Notes: generated by a model not told the origin, from the letters alone. A stretch of 64,000 nt of DNA from Negaprion brevirostris (GCA_030324005.1 JARDVH010000163.1:30093769-30157768), one strand, 5' to 3'. Counted from the stretch's first letter, positions 40,600 through 53,065 are shown. Program-made: numbers and translations.

Positions 40600-41498
40600 G
40601 TAAGATTAAACTATGGCTTTAAAATGAAATACTTTTCTGTAGTTAGTGGCAATCACTACAGAGGGGAGAACTTTGATTAGCATAAAATCATCAAAGCAGC
40701 ATACATCTGATTTTTTTTCATCATTTACCAGTAGAAGTATGAATCCATTACATTAACAAATAAAAACGCAGGAATTATGTTTCATAACCAAGTGAAAGTA
40801 TCTAGTTACAAGATTAGTTAATTTTGTGTACAATGACAATATACAATACAAAATTGTCAAGCCCTGGATCTTGGCTGACTAAATTTACTCTTGACCTTTC
40901 ATTTAGAATTACGTGATTTGAAAACTTAAACAAAAGCACTTTAATCAAACTGTTGAAGGCTTACAATAGGTGGTGACGGATTTAAAGCTGGGAAATGCTG
41001 CATCACCATCTAGAATCAAAGTGGTACACTCCAGTCGAGTTAACTTGGTTGCATCTTAAATTACTTGGAAAATTTGCCAAATAAAAGCAAGTACACTTCT
41101 CCGACTTGGCTTGAATTTATACAGATATAATTTATTCTTAGCTTCAGTGTATCAGGAACTTCCAAAGATCTGAGCTTTTTAAGGCCTCGTTGAGTTTTAC
41201 AATTATTGTTTCTTTTCTGAGAGAGACAGCACAATACATACAAGGAGATGGAGGCAGACGGTGTTGGTTTCAGCATTTTTGTGTTGTTTTTCTTAGCAGT
41301 ATTGGGTTACACATTGACAAGATTTACATGTGCATTTCCTGTCTTTGCTGGTGCACAACAATTCAATTACTGTTAAAAGCAAGAAGCAAGGTGTCTGTAG
41401 GGAAGTAGGCAAACGTTTGTGCCTCATCTGCTCCCAGTTAATATGTAGATTAAGTTGATACTAGCTTTTATCTTGTCAGCAATTTTTGTCTGTGTTGA

Positions 41499-41570
41499 CA
41501 TAGAACATAGAACGTAGAACACTACAGCACAAACAGGCCCTTCGGCCCACGAGTTGCGCCGATCACATCA
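41499..41570 (-). mobile_element. Young LINE/SINE 3' tail (tagaaca repeats); near-identical copy at 56226-56285
   Basis: tagaacactacagcacaaacaggccctt.ggcccac.agttgcgccgatcac is present at both sites. Confidence 0.7.
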
Positions 41571-43863
41571 ACACNNNNNNNNNNNNNNNNNNNNNNNNNN
41601 NNNNNNNNNNNNNNNNNNNNNNNNNNNNNNNNNNNNNNNNNNNNNNNNNNNNNNNNNNNNNNNNNNNNNNNNNNCCTCCCCTGTCTCACCTCCCTCTCAT
41701 CCTGCCTGCAGTCCTCCCCGACCTGGGAGCTAACCTCCTCCGTCCCAGTCCCCCCATCCCAATTCCCTCCCCCCATGAAATCGTGATCCAGAGACACTCC
41801 AAGGTAATTTGGAAAGACCTTGTACCTGAGTTCAGTAAAACAGATGGGGCTATTCAGTGCTGTTTTGTATGCCAATTGCTCAACTGAAATGTAGATGCGA
41901 GCACTTTGAAGATTTGAATGAAACTGCCAGTTATTAAAGCCACCAAGTATTTTTAAGTTTACTGTTAATATGTGTTAAAGTTCTCACATGGATTACAAAC
42001 ACAAAGTCATTTGAATTTCCTCAACTGAGTCGGAAGGATATAATTTGTGTATATAGTAAAAGGTTATGGTGCCAAGATAGTTCTGGGAAGCCTGTAGTTT
42101 AGTCATTGAAATCTGCTCATTGTGAGATAAACGCTGATTTTGTGGCTGGTGAGCACGACTATTTCTGGGCCAGTGTTTGCTTGCAGAATCGTGTTCTAGA
42201 TATTTCCAGAAGTAGACTGTCCCCTCCAAACTATAACAGCTGCTTTAAGCAAGCCTACAAAAGCCATCGCTGTTTTGTGCCCCTCTTTTCAGATCCACCA
42301 AATCCACATTACTCTTCAGCAACATATTATGCTCAGTTCCCCTTGTAATAAAGGATAGTATTCCATTGTCCTTCTTTTATGCTGTACCTGCATCCTAACC
42401 CTTTGACTCATACGAGAAAACCTAGATCCCTCTGCACCTTGCCATTTTGCCATCGTTCTCTAAAAGGTGTGTAGGGGGGAAACACTCCCTCTCCTCCTAT
42501 CTCAGAAGCACTGCTGTCCTCACTTTGATTTGATTGATGAGTTTCCTAAGTTCTGGAACATGAAGCTGGAAAATCTGCACACCTGAGGCCATCAGCCTCT
42601 TTCAGTATATTTAAATTGTCTATCCAACTCTTGCTTACCCATCCTTTGTCCTGTCTCAGGAAAAACTGGAGGGTTAGGGATTGAGGTTCAGGGTTTTAAA
42701 ATCCCACCTCCCCCCCCCCCTTGTTTTTGTGTATAAAAGAATAGTATGAAGAGCTTTGCAAGAGATCCTGTGGAAGATAACTTGGTTCACTTCATTTTTA
42801 AAATTTATTGGCAATGTGCATAAACATTACCAATTCTGGCTTTAAGTGAAGACCTGCTGTTCATAAGCCTCTTCCACTGTCCTGTGCAATGATGTAGTTG
42901 GAAAAAAAAGGCCCCAGATCATTGAAAGGTGATCTGATAGAGGCATGAAGATTGCTAAGGGCATAGAAAAAATAATCTGAATATCACTTCACATGAAACT
43001 GCAGAATTAACTCATGGCCACTGGTACAAAATCAACGAAGATGTCCTTAGGACATATGATCGGAAATTTTTTAAACCGTTCTATCGACATGTTGGGTAAA
43101 CTTTCTGATAGAACGCAGCAAGATCTCTTGACCCATCAAGCAAACAATTTGTGCTACAGTGGGAGTACATTCTCATCCATGTTTTTAAATCCTCTGTGGT
43201 TTATCCTTGTTACCTACAACCCTTTTAAGATTTTGGTGTTCCTCCATTAATTGCCTTGTACTCGAGCTTGATTTTCATTGCTTTAGCTGCCTTGGCCTTA
43301 AGCTGCGGAATTCTCTCGGTAAACCTCTTCACCTCTCTTTTTCTCCTTTTAAGATGCTGCTTAAAACCTATCTCTGACCAAGCCAACCCAAATGTCTCTA
43401 AGTAGATTAGTGTCAAATTCTATTTGATAATGGGCCAGTGAAATTCTTTGGGGTATTCTACTATGTTAAGGCACTATATAGATGTACATTGTTGTAGTAG
43501 CTTTCTGAATAGGTGGGTTCTAATGGGCCAAATGGCCTTCCTCAATTGTAATTATCATATCTTGTTACACAATCCTTCCTTATTGGTACACAAACTCTTT
43601 GTAACTATACCTGCAGAATTATTGAAGCACTGAGGAAAATTTCCTTTGCCTTGATTTTCCATGTGCAGTACCACTAGTATGAGGTACATTTATAATGGCT
43701 AATATTTAGTTTGGAAATGTATAAAGATCAAGTCATTACATGTTGTTTATCCAGTGGGTTTCTGACACCTGTAATGCAGTAAAGTCTTGCCATTCGTGGT
43801 GGCTACATCCTCGTGAATTCTCACAAAGGGTGAAATCATGAACAACAAATATACTTTATAATG

Positions 43864-43967
43864 GGAGTAAAATAGGATTCTGGAACCTATTTTACTCCTA
43901 ACTTTCTCTGACTAACATCCAAGTTTTAGGATTCTGGAACCTAAAACTTGGATGTTAGTCAGAGAAA
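43864..43967. repeat. Two adjacent perfect inverted repeats (13-bp and 28-bp arms) with the same 9-nt loop
   Basis: Arms 43864-43876/43886-43898 and 43903-43930/43940-43967; loop ATTCTGGAA in both. Confidence 0.95.
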
Positions 43968-44919
43968 TTTTCCTGTAATGAAGACAACCAGCTGATCCTT
44001 TTACCATTACACACTGTTCTCTCTCTGATCCAGATTCCCCTCTCCCCTTCCTCATAATTTAATAATTTATTATGTTGTTTGCTTTTTTAATAACTGAAAG
44101 CAAAAAGCTAGGTCTGAGTCCCGAAAACCAATTTTTTGCACTCCACCATTAGAGGGAGAGAGATGAAAAAGCGGGGTTTAAAGGATTAGGCCTCTCACAC
44201 TATTAATGTGATATTATTGATAATATCACATTATTGTCCAGTATGGAGACAGTTCACCGTCTGTAATCCTGGCATTAAATCTCATTACTCCTTGTCTTCC
44301 CAACATTTGACTGCACCCAGATGTAGGTCCAGGCGCAAGCAAGAGCTGAGAACAACTGGAGAATTGGATTTTAACAACTGGGCAAAACAGACACTATTTA
44401 ACTAACCTTCACTCACTTACAGAAACAGCTTTATATATATTTGTGCGCATATACAGCTTCCCTCCAACTCCTCCTACATGAGCTTGTGATTTTTAATTTG
44501 CTTAAGTCACAGATAGGTGAGGATTTGGGGCCACAATGGGTGATTGTGTGTTAAAAGATTTCCGCGTGGGTAAAAAAAGCCACAGAAGAAAATGTTGCGA
44601 ACTGCGGGACTTTACTGTATATATTTCTATCCATGGTTATTGATCAGTGTGCAGTACTGAAATCAAGTGCATGTTTCATTAAATTCAAAGCCACACCTTG
44701 AAAATGTAGAACTGTTGATTTGTATCAAACAGTGCAAGATTATTTAATATTCTCAGTTTCACTGGGACCTTGTGCAAAAAGGCAGCTGATTCCAGTTTAC
44801 TTTTAGTATGCATTTAATCTTCCTGTGTTTTCAGATCATAGTTAGTGTTTCATTTTACTATTTTCATTTTTTCTTTTTCTTTTTATGTCTTGGTCCCACC
44901 CTATTTTGTCATGTGACAG

Positions 44920-44940
44920 GAAAAAGACCCCCCACATCAG
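44920..44940 (+). CDS. ACAP2: Candidate 21-nt alternative microexon (adds KKTPHIR) in the PH domain
   Basis: U-rich tract 44850-44910, tgacag|GAAAAAGACCCCCCACATCAG|gtacca; phase 2/2 matches both flanking exons with no stop. Confidence 0.75.
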
Positions 44941-46514
44941 GTACCAACCAGTCAGCTGGACATCTTATCTCCCCATTCCTATCTCTGCATATTAGCTCTC
45001 ACCTGTCTGCAAGTGTCCAAAGAACTTCGGGTAAACCTGGTTTAATCCATGGCTTTAAAACTGGTCACTGTGCTGTCCTTTTTGCAGCATGGGAACTGTT
45101 ATCCGCAAACCAGCGGCAGCATTTTTGCTTGTTTTGCTTTTTGCAATATTAACACAACTAATTATCCTTCTACTAACCCATTGGACTTCAAGTTCTGACT
45201 GTGTGGTAAACTGATGGTTTTAATAATATAGATGTTCAAGCTTTAAGAATCCGTGTTTTGAAAGAGTGTTCAACTAACTATTTAAGTTTATTTTAAAAAA
45301 TCAATTACTCACGTTTGTTTAAAACATGATTTTAATGCCAGTTGTGAAAACTACTTTTGTCAGATCTATTTTTGAAGTGTGGAACGTTGTTCTATTTTAG
45401 TTCTTCAAACTAAAAATATGTGTGGCTTAAAGTCATCACATTTTGTTATAAAATGGAAGTACATTTTCTAGTGGCTAACCAATTGATAGTGTGATGGAGT
45501 GATATAATGGTGATTTGCTGAGACATTTGGTATTGGTCTAGCAACCTAGCTTTTTAGAAGCTCAAATACCACCATGATAGTTTGTGAAATTGAATTCAAA
45601 ACACCTAGTAATTTGTGGACTTGTCAGAAAAAAATGGTCTTCGAAGTCAGTAGGTTGTCTGTGGTTCCAACAGTATTTTCCCGCTCCTTGCTGAATGGGC
45701 GATCTGAGACTCCAGACCGTACCATGTGGCTGACTCTTAATTCCAGCAAACAGTTAGGGATGCCAATAGTTGGGTCTTGCCAGGATCACTTGCATTCTTA
45801 AAACAAATTTTGCTGTTTTTTGAAAAAAAACACATTGATGGGATCCTAGTTCCAAGGTGTCGAGGCACCTCTGTAGAGCAAGGAGGGGTAATGTGTGTCA
45901 CTTGACCTTTAACATGGGTGTAATTATTTGAGTTACGGTCACATGTCTTTGATCCCCTAGGCTGGGGAATAACATGTCAGAAAATAAATAAAACAAGGTG
46001 GGGATCAAGGTCAGGTGGGAAGGAAAAGTGTGATGTGTTAGGCAGAAAAGATTTACCCTGATAATTTGATCGTGAATGTTTGTGTATAGCTGAGAGACAC
46101 GGACCAAAATTCCTTATTTGCTAGCTGATGTGAGTCAGTGTGTTCTTTGGGTGCTACAATTGGCTTTAAGAAAAGAGAAAATTAACTAGGTTAATGCAAC
46201 TCCTGATCTCTCTATACTGAACCATGTTGAATAGCACATGGACTGAGTACAGATTGGTTTATCTTGGATGCACCCTCTATGTTAAAACAGGACTGTGCAG
46301 GCTCACCACAGCTACATGAATTAAGTGCTGGTGGGGAAGGAATCATTGCCTTCACGAAAGGAAGATCTAAAAGGAGGAGAAAATGGGCCTAATAGAAGCT
46401 ACACAGCAGGACTGTTTTTAAAGTTGTCCAGATATTGCAGTCTGTAAATGTGTACTTTGCTTTTTTTTTTGGAACATGTGTGTCTACAACCTATAAGTTC
46501 TTCTCTCTCAACAG

Positions 46515-46566
46515 GCGTTGGTTTTCAATTCAGAACAACCAGCTTGTTTACCAAAAAAAGTTTAAG
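46515..46566 (+). CDS. ACAP2: ACAP2 exon, PH (RWFSIQNNQLVYQKKFK)
   Basis: caacag| and |gtaagg; 52 nt, phase 2/0. Confidence 0.96.
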
Positions 46567-46749
46567 GTAAGGAAAAATTGTACTGAGCATAAAATGTCGA
46601 GCTAATATTTGACAATTAAATATGAGCAAAATTAAAGTTAATCATAGCAAGGTTCAGAAACAGTGAAATTTATACCATTCTCTCCAATCCTTATCCAAAT
46701 ATTATCATCTTGGAAAGATGTGTTCCCTGACAATGGGAGAGCGTCATAT

Positions 46750-46880
46750 CATTGACCAGTGGTGGGATCTTCTGATCCTGCCATTGTCAACGGAGTTGAA
46801 TGCACCCCTTGTCACTGGGAAACCCACAGCGGGGTGCGCATGGGCGGGATCAGAAGATCCCGTCGGCATGAATGACAAGT
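46750..46880. mobile_element. MITE-like foldback element in a short PH-domain intron
   Basis: 46764-46782 pairs with 46843-46861 (18/19); inner tgcacccc/ggggtgcg and tggg/ccca stems. Confidence 0.6.
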
Positions 46881-47031
46881 TCCAGCTTTTGTTTTTGATG
46901 GTACTGGATACTATAATTAGATTTATTTATATTTATTCTCCAGTAACTATAGTTTCACGATGTTAATGATCACTTCTGTTCAAATATTTGACTCTTATAA
47001 TCTAGTTGAACTTCTTAAAATTTTCTCACAG

Positions 47032-47132
47032 GATAACCTCACAGTAGTCGTTGATGATTTACGACTTTGTACAGTCAAACCATGTGAGGATATTGAAAGA
47101 CGTTTCTGTTTTGAAGTAGTCTCTCCTACAAA
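47032..47132 (+). CDS. ACAP2: ACAP2 exon, PH (DNLTVVVDDLRLCTVKPCEDIERRFCFEVVSPTK)
   Basis: tcacag| and |gtaagt; 101 nt, phase 0/2. Confidence 0.96.
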
Positions 47133-47850
47133 GTAAGTGCCCCACGTTTTGCCTCACCTTTGAACGGGAACAATAGAGATAATATACAGCTCGAGGTGAA
47201 TTTCACAGCTCCCTGCTCTCCTATTTGAAGTTAGGAGGTGTCATGTGAAATAAAATGAGTGGCCAACCCACCATCATCCTGCCCATCCCCCATTTGTCCC
47301 CCATATGATTGGCTGGGTAAGGTTGCCAACCTGCCCATCGGCCTATTGAGACCCTTAAGTGAACAATTACCTCCCTCTTAAGGGCCTCATCCTGCCTCCA
47401 TTGCAGTAGTTTGGCCAGCAGGGGAAGGTGGAATGAAAGCAGTGAAAGCTGCCAACCAGCAGCTTTGATAGTGCAGGCTGCTATCAGGCAGGGAGTGGGA
47501 GATGGTTACCTTCTTTGGGGGCTTCCTTGTGCCCACTTGGGAGCTCCCTTCATCTTTGTGTCTCACCTGGTCTCTAAAACCTGCCCCTCCCCACTTCTCC
47601 ACAAAGCTCTTGCTAGGGGCTCCAATTTCCAATCCTGGCCCACCTGAAATGCCTGGGGGGAAATCATCTTCCATCCTGAGCACTGCTTGTTGTCCCTGCT
47701 TTGGCTGCACCTGTCTTCCTGTGCTGCTGGACTAGAGCATTCTGGCCAATTAGATTGGCAGAAGTCCTATTTTCAATTAAGGCCACCTCAAGGTATTATC
47801 ATTGTGGGACAGCCAGATTTAAAGTCGGTGAGGTAATCCATCTTATTTTT

Positions 47851-48090
47851 AAAATTTATTTATTAGTATCACAAGTAGGTTTACATTAACACTGCAATGA
47901 GGTTACTGCCACCACACTCCAGCACCTGTTTTGGTACACTGAGGGAGAATTTAGCATGGCCAGTGCACCTAACCAACACATCTTTCAGTCTGGGAGGAAA
48001 CAGAGCACCTGGGGGAAAGCCACACAGACACGGAGGACACAAAGACAGTGACACAAGCCAGGAATCAAACCCAGGTCCCTGGCGCTGTGA
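47851..48090 (-). mobile_element. tRNA-derived V-domain SINE, followed by a CR1-type tail fragment (about 48090-48205)
   Basis: Reverse complement of the 21214 family. Confidence 0.8.
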
Positions 48091-48554
48091 GACCATAAGA
48101 CATAGGAGCAGAATTAGATCACTAAGTCTATCGAGTCTGCTCTGCCGTTCAATCGTGCCAGATATTTTTCTCATCCCCAGTCTCCTGTCTTTTTCCCATA
48201 ATCCCTCAAGGAAGCAGTGCTTGCCACTGTACCACCCGTATTGTTTTCAGATTGCATATCGTTTGGCTATAGTCAGAAATGTTATTTATGTTCAGTACCA
48301 GTTTTGGCATAGCCTTTAATCTATGGTCACCAGAACTGTGTCAAATTGTCCATCATCTTCAACTATGTGTTGACATGATAGAATAATAAATAAAATGGTT
48401 GTTTTCCTTTTTATGTATCTACTAATGTTTAACTTGTAAAATGGATGAAATGTATAGGCGTCCTTGTGATTGTTATAGTTGCCAATTACTTCCAAGTTCA
48501 ACATGAAGAATTTTAAGTTTATTCATGCATGATATAATTTTAATAAAGGAAGAT

Positions 48555-48915
48555 GATGGTGTAATGGTGTAACTAAACTACTAATCCATAGACACGGGCA
48601 AATTATCTGGGGACATGACTTCAAATCCCACCATGGTAGCTGGTAGAATTTAAATTCAATGAATGAATCTGGAATAAAAAAATTAGTGTTGACGATGGTG
48701 ACTATGAAACCATCACTGATTGTTGTAAAAATCCATCAGGTTCACCAATTTCCTTAAGGGGAAAGTTACCTGTTGTCTTTACCTGTTACAGCTGACATGT
48801 GACTCCAGACCCACAGCAATGTGGCTGATTGTTAAATTCCCCCTGAAATGGTCATCAGGGCACTTAGGGATGGGCAACCTTGTCAGTCATGCCCACATCA
48901 CATGAAAATTTTAAA
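48555..48915 (+). mobile_element. tRNA-derived SINE of the Deu-domain type (SacSINE1-like); decayed copy near 45580-45800
   Basis: Head ggtgtaatggt...ttcaaatcccacca, central catgtgactccagacccacagcaatgtgg, LINE-like tail. Confidence 0.65.
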
Positions 48916-49013
48916 AAAGTGATGGTACTACTCAAAATTGCTAAGACTTCTCCATGTTGCTGTCTGTTTCCAGTGGTTCTAGAAATGTTAAATCTCTGCA
49001 TGTTTTCACACAG

Positions 49014-49125
49014 GAGTTGTATGCTTCAAGCAGATTCTGAAAAAATCCGACAGGTCTGGATCAAAGCTGTTCAAGCTAGCATTGCTACAGCATACAAAGA
49101 GAAAGGAGAAGAGAGTTATGCAGAA
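49014..49125 (+). CDS. ACAP2: ACAP2 exon, PH C-terminal helix (SCMLQADSEKIRQVWIKAVQASIATAYKEKGEESYAE)
   Basis: acacag| and |gtatgt; 112 nt, phase 2/0. Confidence 0.95.
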
Positions 49126-50077
49126 GTATGTATGCCGTATATTTTCACTCCCTAAATTTATACCCGAACAGGTGCCAGGGTCTGGCGACTGGGGGATTTT
49201 CACAGTAACTTCACTGCAGTGTTAATATAAGCCTATTTATGAAACTAATAAATAAACTTATGGAATGCATCCATTCAAGGAGAAAGGCAGCTACCTCCTT
49301 GGTACCAGGGATGGGCACTAAATGCAGCCTTGCCAGCATTATTCACATCCAAAGACCAATTGTTTTTTACATTTGATGGCTGACCTTGCTAATTTTTAGA
49401 GATTAGCTTGAGCCATGCCACTTTATCACACATCCACTGCTGACATTCCAGTGTGTTGTTAGAGGATGCAGTTAAAGACACTGGTTGAATAGTTCTAGAT
49501 GTATTGAGTAATAAGAAGCCATTGTGTTGTGGTAGTAGTGCAAGCTTTTCAACTACAGCTGTACAATAACCCTATTTTCTTGACTTTTTTTTCCCTCTCT
49601 GTACCCTTTTCTAACTGTACATGGAATGGTTTAGTTATGAAGCAATATTGATCCTCATAAATGACAGGAACTAAAAACATTAAATGTCTCATCTTTATCT
49701 GTTTCATGATAACAAGTGATTCCTCTTTCATGTATTGATAATCCTGAGTTTATATTCCATCATTACCAAATAATATCAGTGTTCCAACTGCAAAGAGCTG
49801 AAGAGAATGAAGTCACAATTTCTCCAGTGTTCTTACCCACACATCTACATTGTGTTTGAAAAATACAGTTGTCTTTGCAATCAAAGTTCAACAACAGTGT
49901 AGATTTCTGGTCACATTGGCATACTTTTATCAATTGTTACACTGTTGTGGTTTTGTTTCAATATTATGAGACTTCCAAAGTCCTCAAATTTTAGAATATT
50001 AAATATTTAAATTTGCTAATGGAAGAAGTTTTGCATCTATCAATGCATTTAGTTTGATTCAGTGCTTCTGTCTTGAT

Positions 50078-50345
50078 TCCTGATGAAGGAGCAGCACTCA
50101 GAAAACTCATGATACCAAATAAACCTGTTGGACTTTAACCTGGTGTTGTGAGACTTGTTAGGGATTTGAGTATGCTGAAAAAAAGAGACATGCAGTTAAA
50201 GTTTTTCGTCTTGCACTCCTTTATAAATTGCTGACCCTGTTAGATTTGGAATACTTGTTGTCAAAGTTTTTCACCTTGCACTCCTCAGGATAAATGCACA
50301 TGTCTCCTTTTTCAGCAGTACTCAAGTTCTATGCTACCAAGTGGC
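50078..50345. mobile_element. Cluster of Penelope terminal-repeat fragments from two families
   Basis: 50078-50158 matches the arm of 29195-29604; 50165-50345 matches the terminus of the 36150-38040 element in both orientations. Confidence 0.7.
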
Positions 50346-51237
50346 AATTTGGAGATTATTAACTTGCCCATGTCAATGTTGTCTTGCTCACAGATGCCTC
50401 AAATTTGAATGCAAATTATAGTGGATTAAACATCATTTGTTATGAAAGAGATAGAGATGTATTAATGTATTTAGTTCCCCTCATTTTATGAAGACAAATG
50501 CTTCTTGTAACTGAAACATTTCAGATACAGTTATTTTTGGTTTGTTTTGGCAGACTTGATCTTTGTAGCCTGTTCTGCCATTTAATTACAATCATGGCTA
50601 ATCTGTACTTCAATCATTTTAACTTGAGTTTATTCCATTCTTGATGCACTTTTTCCTAATTAGTAGATGTCAATCTCTGTCTTGTAAATTTCAGTTGAGC
50701 CACTATTCACAACCTAGCAACCTCGTTAGAAATTCCAGTTTTCCACAATCCCCCTTGAGAAAAAGTTCTTGCTGTTTTGATTCATTAATTGTTAACTCAT
50801 ATTTGAGTTTGTGGGGGAATTGTTAGAATGCTTGCCCAACATTCAGTCCTGAATGAAAAGAAATTTTCTCCATATAAATATTGGGAAACTGAAGCCATTA
50901 TCTTCCCAACTAATCTCATTCTGTTCATCAACCACTGGCTCCATCCCTATCCCTGGCCAGTGTCTGAGATTGAACCAAACTGCTCACAACCTTGATGTCA
51001 TATTTGATCGTAAAACACCCTTCCACATACATCCATGCTGCCATGTGGACCAACTTTTTCCATTTCTAACATCAACTGACTCTTGTCTTACTTCAGCCCA
51101 TCTGCTGTTGAAATGCACATCCATACCCTTGTTAATTCTAGATTTGATTCTTTCAACACAGAACCCACTTTTTACCCTTTTATAAACTTGGGATAATACA
51201 AAACTCTCATCTATGCCCCACCTTGGGACACCTGACC

Positions 51238-51545
51238 CACATGGTGGTGCACTGGCTAGCACTGCTGCCTCTCAGCACCAGGGACCAAGGTTCAGTTCTC
51301 GGCTTGGGTCATGAAGTCTGCATCTTCTCTCTGTGTGGGTTTCCTCCGGGTGCTCCAGTTTCTTCCCACAGTCCAAAGATGAGCAGGTTAGGTGGATTGG
51401 TAATGCTAAATTGCCCTTTAGTAAGAGTAGCTAGGATAAACACATGGGGTTATGGGGATAGGGCCTGGATAGGATTGTGGTTGGTGCAGACTTGACAGGT
51501 CGAAAGGCCTCCTTCTGCACTGTAGGGATTTTATTATTCTATGAC
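51238..51545 (+). mobile_element. HE1-like V-domain SINE nested in an L2 fragment
   Basis: tRNA-like head, V core, and a CR1-type tail (ggcctccttctgcactgtagggatt). Confidence 0.8.
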
Positions 51546-52258
51546 TTGCATGGTCCCATTCACCCATCACTTTTCTGCTCATTGGTCTTCATTGGCTCCC
51601 GGTTAAGCAATGCCTTCATTTTAAAATTCTCATCCTTGTTATCTTCCATCACCTCACCCAGCTCATCCAATTCTGACATATTGAGAATCTCCAGTTTTAA
51701 TTATTCCTCCATTGGTGACTAAGCATTCAGCTGCCTGTACCAAGCTCTGAAATTCCTTCTTTAAACCTTTCTGCTACTCTTTCCCGCATCTGAAGTCCTC
51801 CTTAAAACCTACCTCTTTCACTAAATTTTTGCTCATGTGCCCTATTCTCTCCATATTAGTTAATTTTATATTGTAACGCTCCTGTGAAACATCTTGCAAT
51901 GTTTTACCACACTAGATGTTCTATGCAAGTACAAAGTGTTGTTGTGACGTGATGACCAAAGCACTGCCGTTGATAGAATGGCAGGATGACGGTCTTCAGG
52001 TCAGTTATGTGAGAAGGGTGAAAGGGAGATGGTGGAAGAGCACCTTAATCCTGTGGAACAGTACAAGCAGCTAGGGCAAAAAGTGACGGAGAAGCTGCAA
52101 TGATTTAAAAATATAAATGTTTCTATTTGATATCACTTTCAACACATTTAGGTTAGATGAATGACAGGTTTGTAGTTTAAAATCCATGCTCTTATGCATT
52201 TACATGGAGCATTTTTTGTAAGGAAGAAAAAGTAGTGAACTTGTTATTGCTTCCCCAG

Positions 52259-52614
52259 AAATTAGATAGAAGGTCCTCCCCATCTACCAGCAGTCTGGAC
52301 TCTGGGAGTGAATTGAAGGAGCGACCAGTGAAAGGAGAAAGCGCACTTCAGCGTGTGGAGTGTATTGCTGGCAATACAAATTGCTGTGACTGTGGCCAGC
52401 CGGACCCACGTTGGGCAAGCATTAATCTTGGAATCACGCTTTGCATTGAATGTTCAGGAATTNNNNNNNNNNNNNNNNNNNNNNNNNNNNNNNNNNNNNN
52501 NNNNNNNNNNNNNNNNNNNNNNNNNNNNNNNNNNNNNNNNNNNNNNNNNNNNNNNNNNNNNNCAAGCATTAATCTTGGAATCACGCTTTGCATTGAATGT
52601 TCAGGAATTCACAG
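52259..52614 (+). CDS. ACAP2: ACAP2 exon, linker plus ArfGAP zinc finger ([16 protein letters not shown]...[29 protein letters not shown]), split by an assembly gap
   Basis: ccccag| and |gtatta; Cx2Cx16Cx2Cx4R motif; 52563-52609 duplicates 52416-52462 across a 100-N gap, so the true exon is about 209 nt, phase 0/2. Confidence 0.95.
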
Positions 52615-52995
52615 GTATTAAGATGATAAAAGATTAAAGTTTGTAATAGAATGGAAAAGATTTGTGTGCTTTCAGTTTGGTACCAATTGTGTTCAACATT
52701 CAGTAGAACTGCTGCTTTAACTGGATGAAAAAATAGCAAAAATTTAAAGTTACTTGCGCTGACTCTCATTGGCCGAGCACTGGGCTCCCAGTTGTAAGGC
52801 AAAATAAATTCAAAAGCTGCTGCTCAATTTGGGAGGTTTGCATAGGAAAATCTCTAAATAATAAAAAAAAATTTACAGGGACAAAAAGATAAGCTTGATC
52901 ATTGTTGATTGACCANNNNNNNNNNNNNNNNNNNTGATCTTGTGATGAATGTCTGCATTATGTGTCGTATTGATTTATTTTCTTCTTGTGTTTAG

Positions 52996-53065
52996 AAGTC
53001 TAGGTGTTCATTTTTCTAAGGTGCGTTCCCTTACTCTGGATTCATGGGAACCGGAGCTCTTAAAA
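52996..53065 (+). CDS. ACAP2: ACAP2 exon, ArfGAP (SLGVHFSKVRSLTLDSWEPELLK)
   Basis: gtttag| and |gtgagt; 70 nt, phase 2/0. Confidence 0.96.

Noticed and set aside
48997-49002. TGCATG next to the 49014 acceptor, plus scattered TGCATG at 28755-30960
   Set aside because: Skipping the 112-nt exon would break the frame and PH fold; the other sites are far from exons and compatible with chance.
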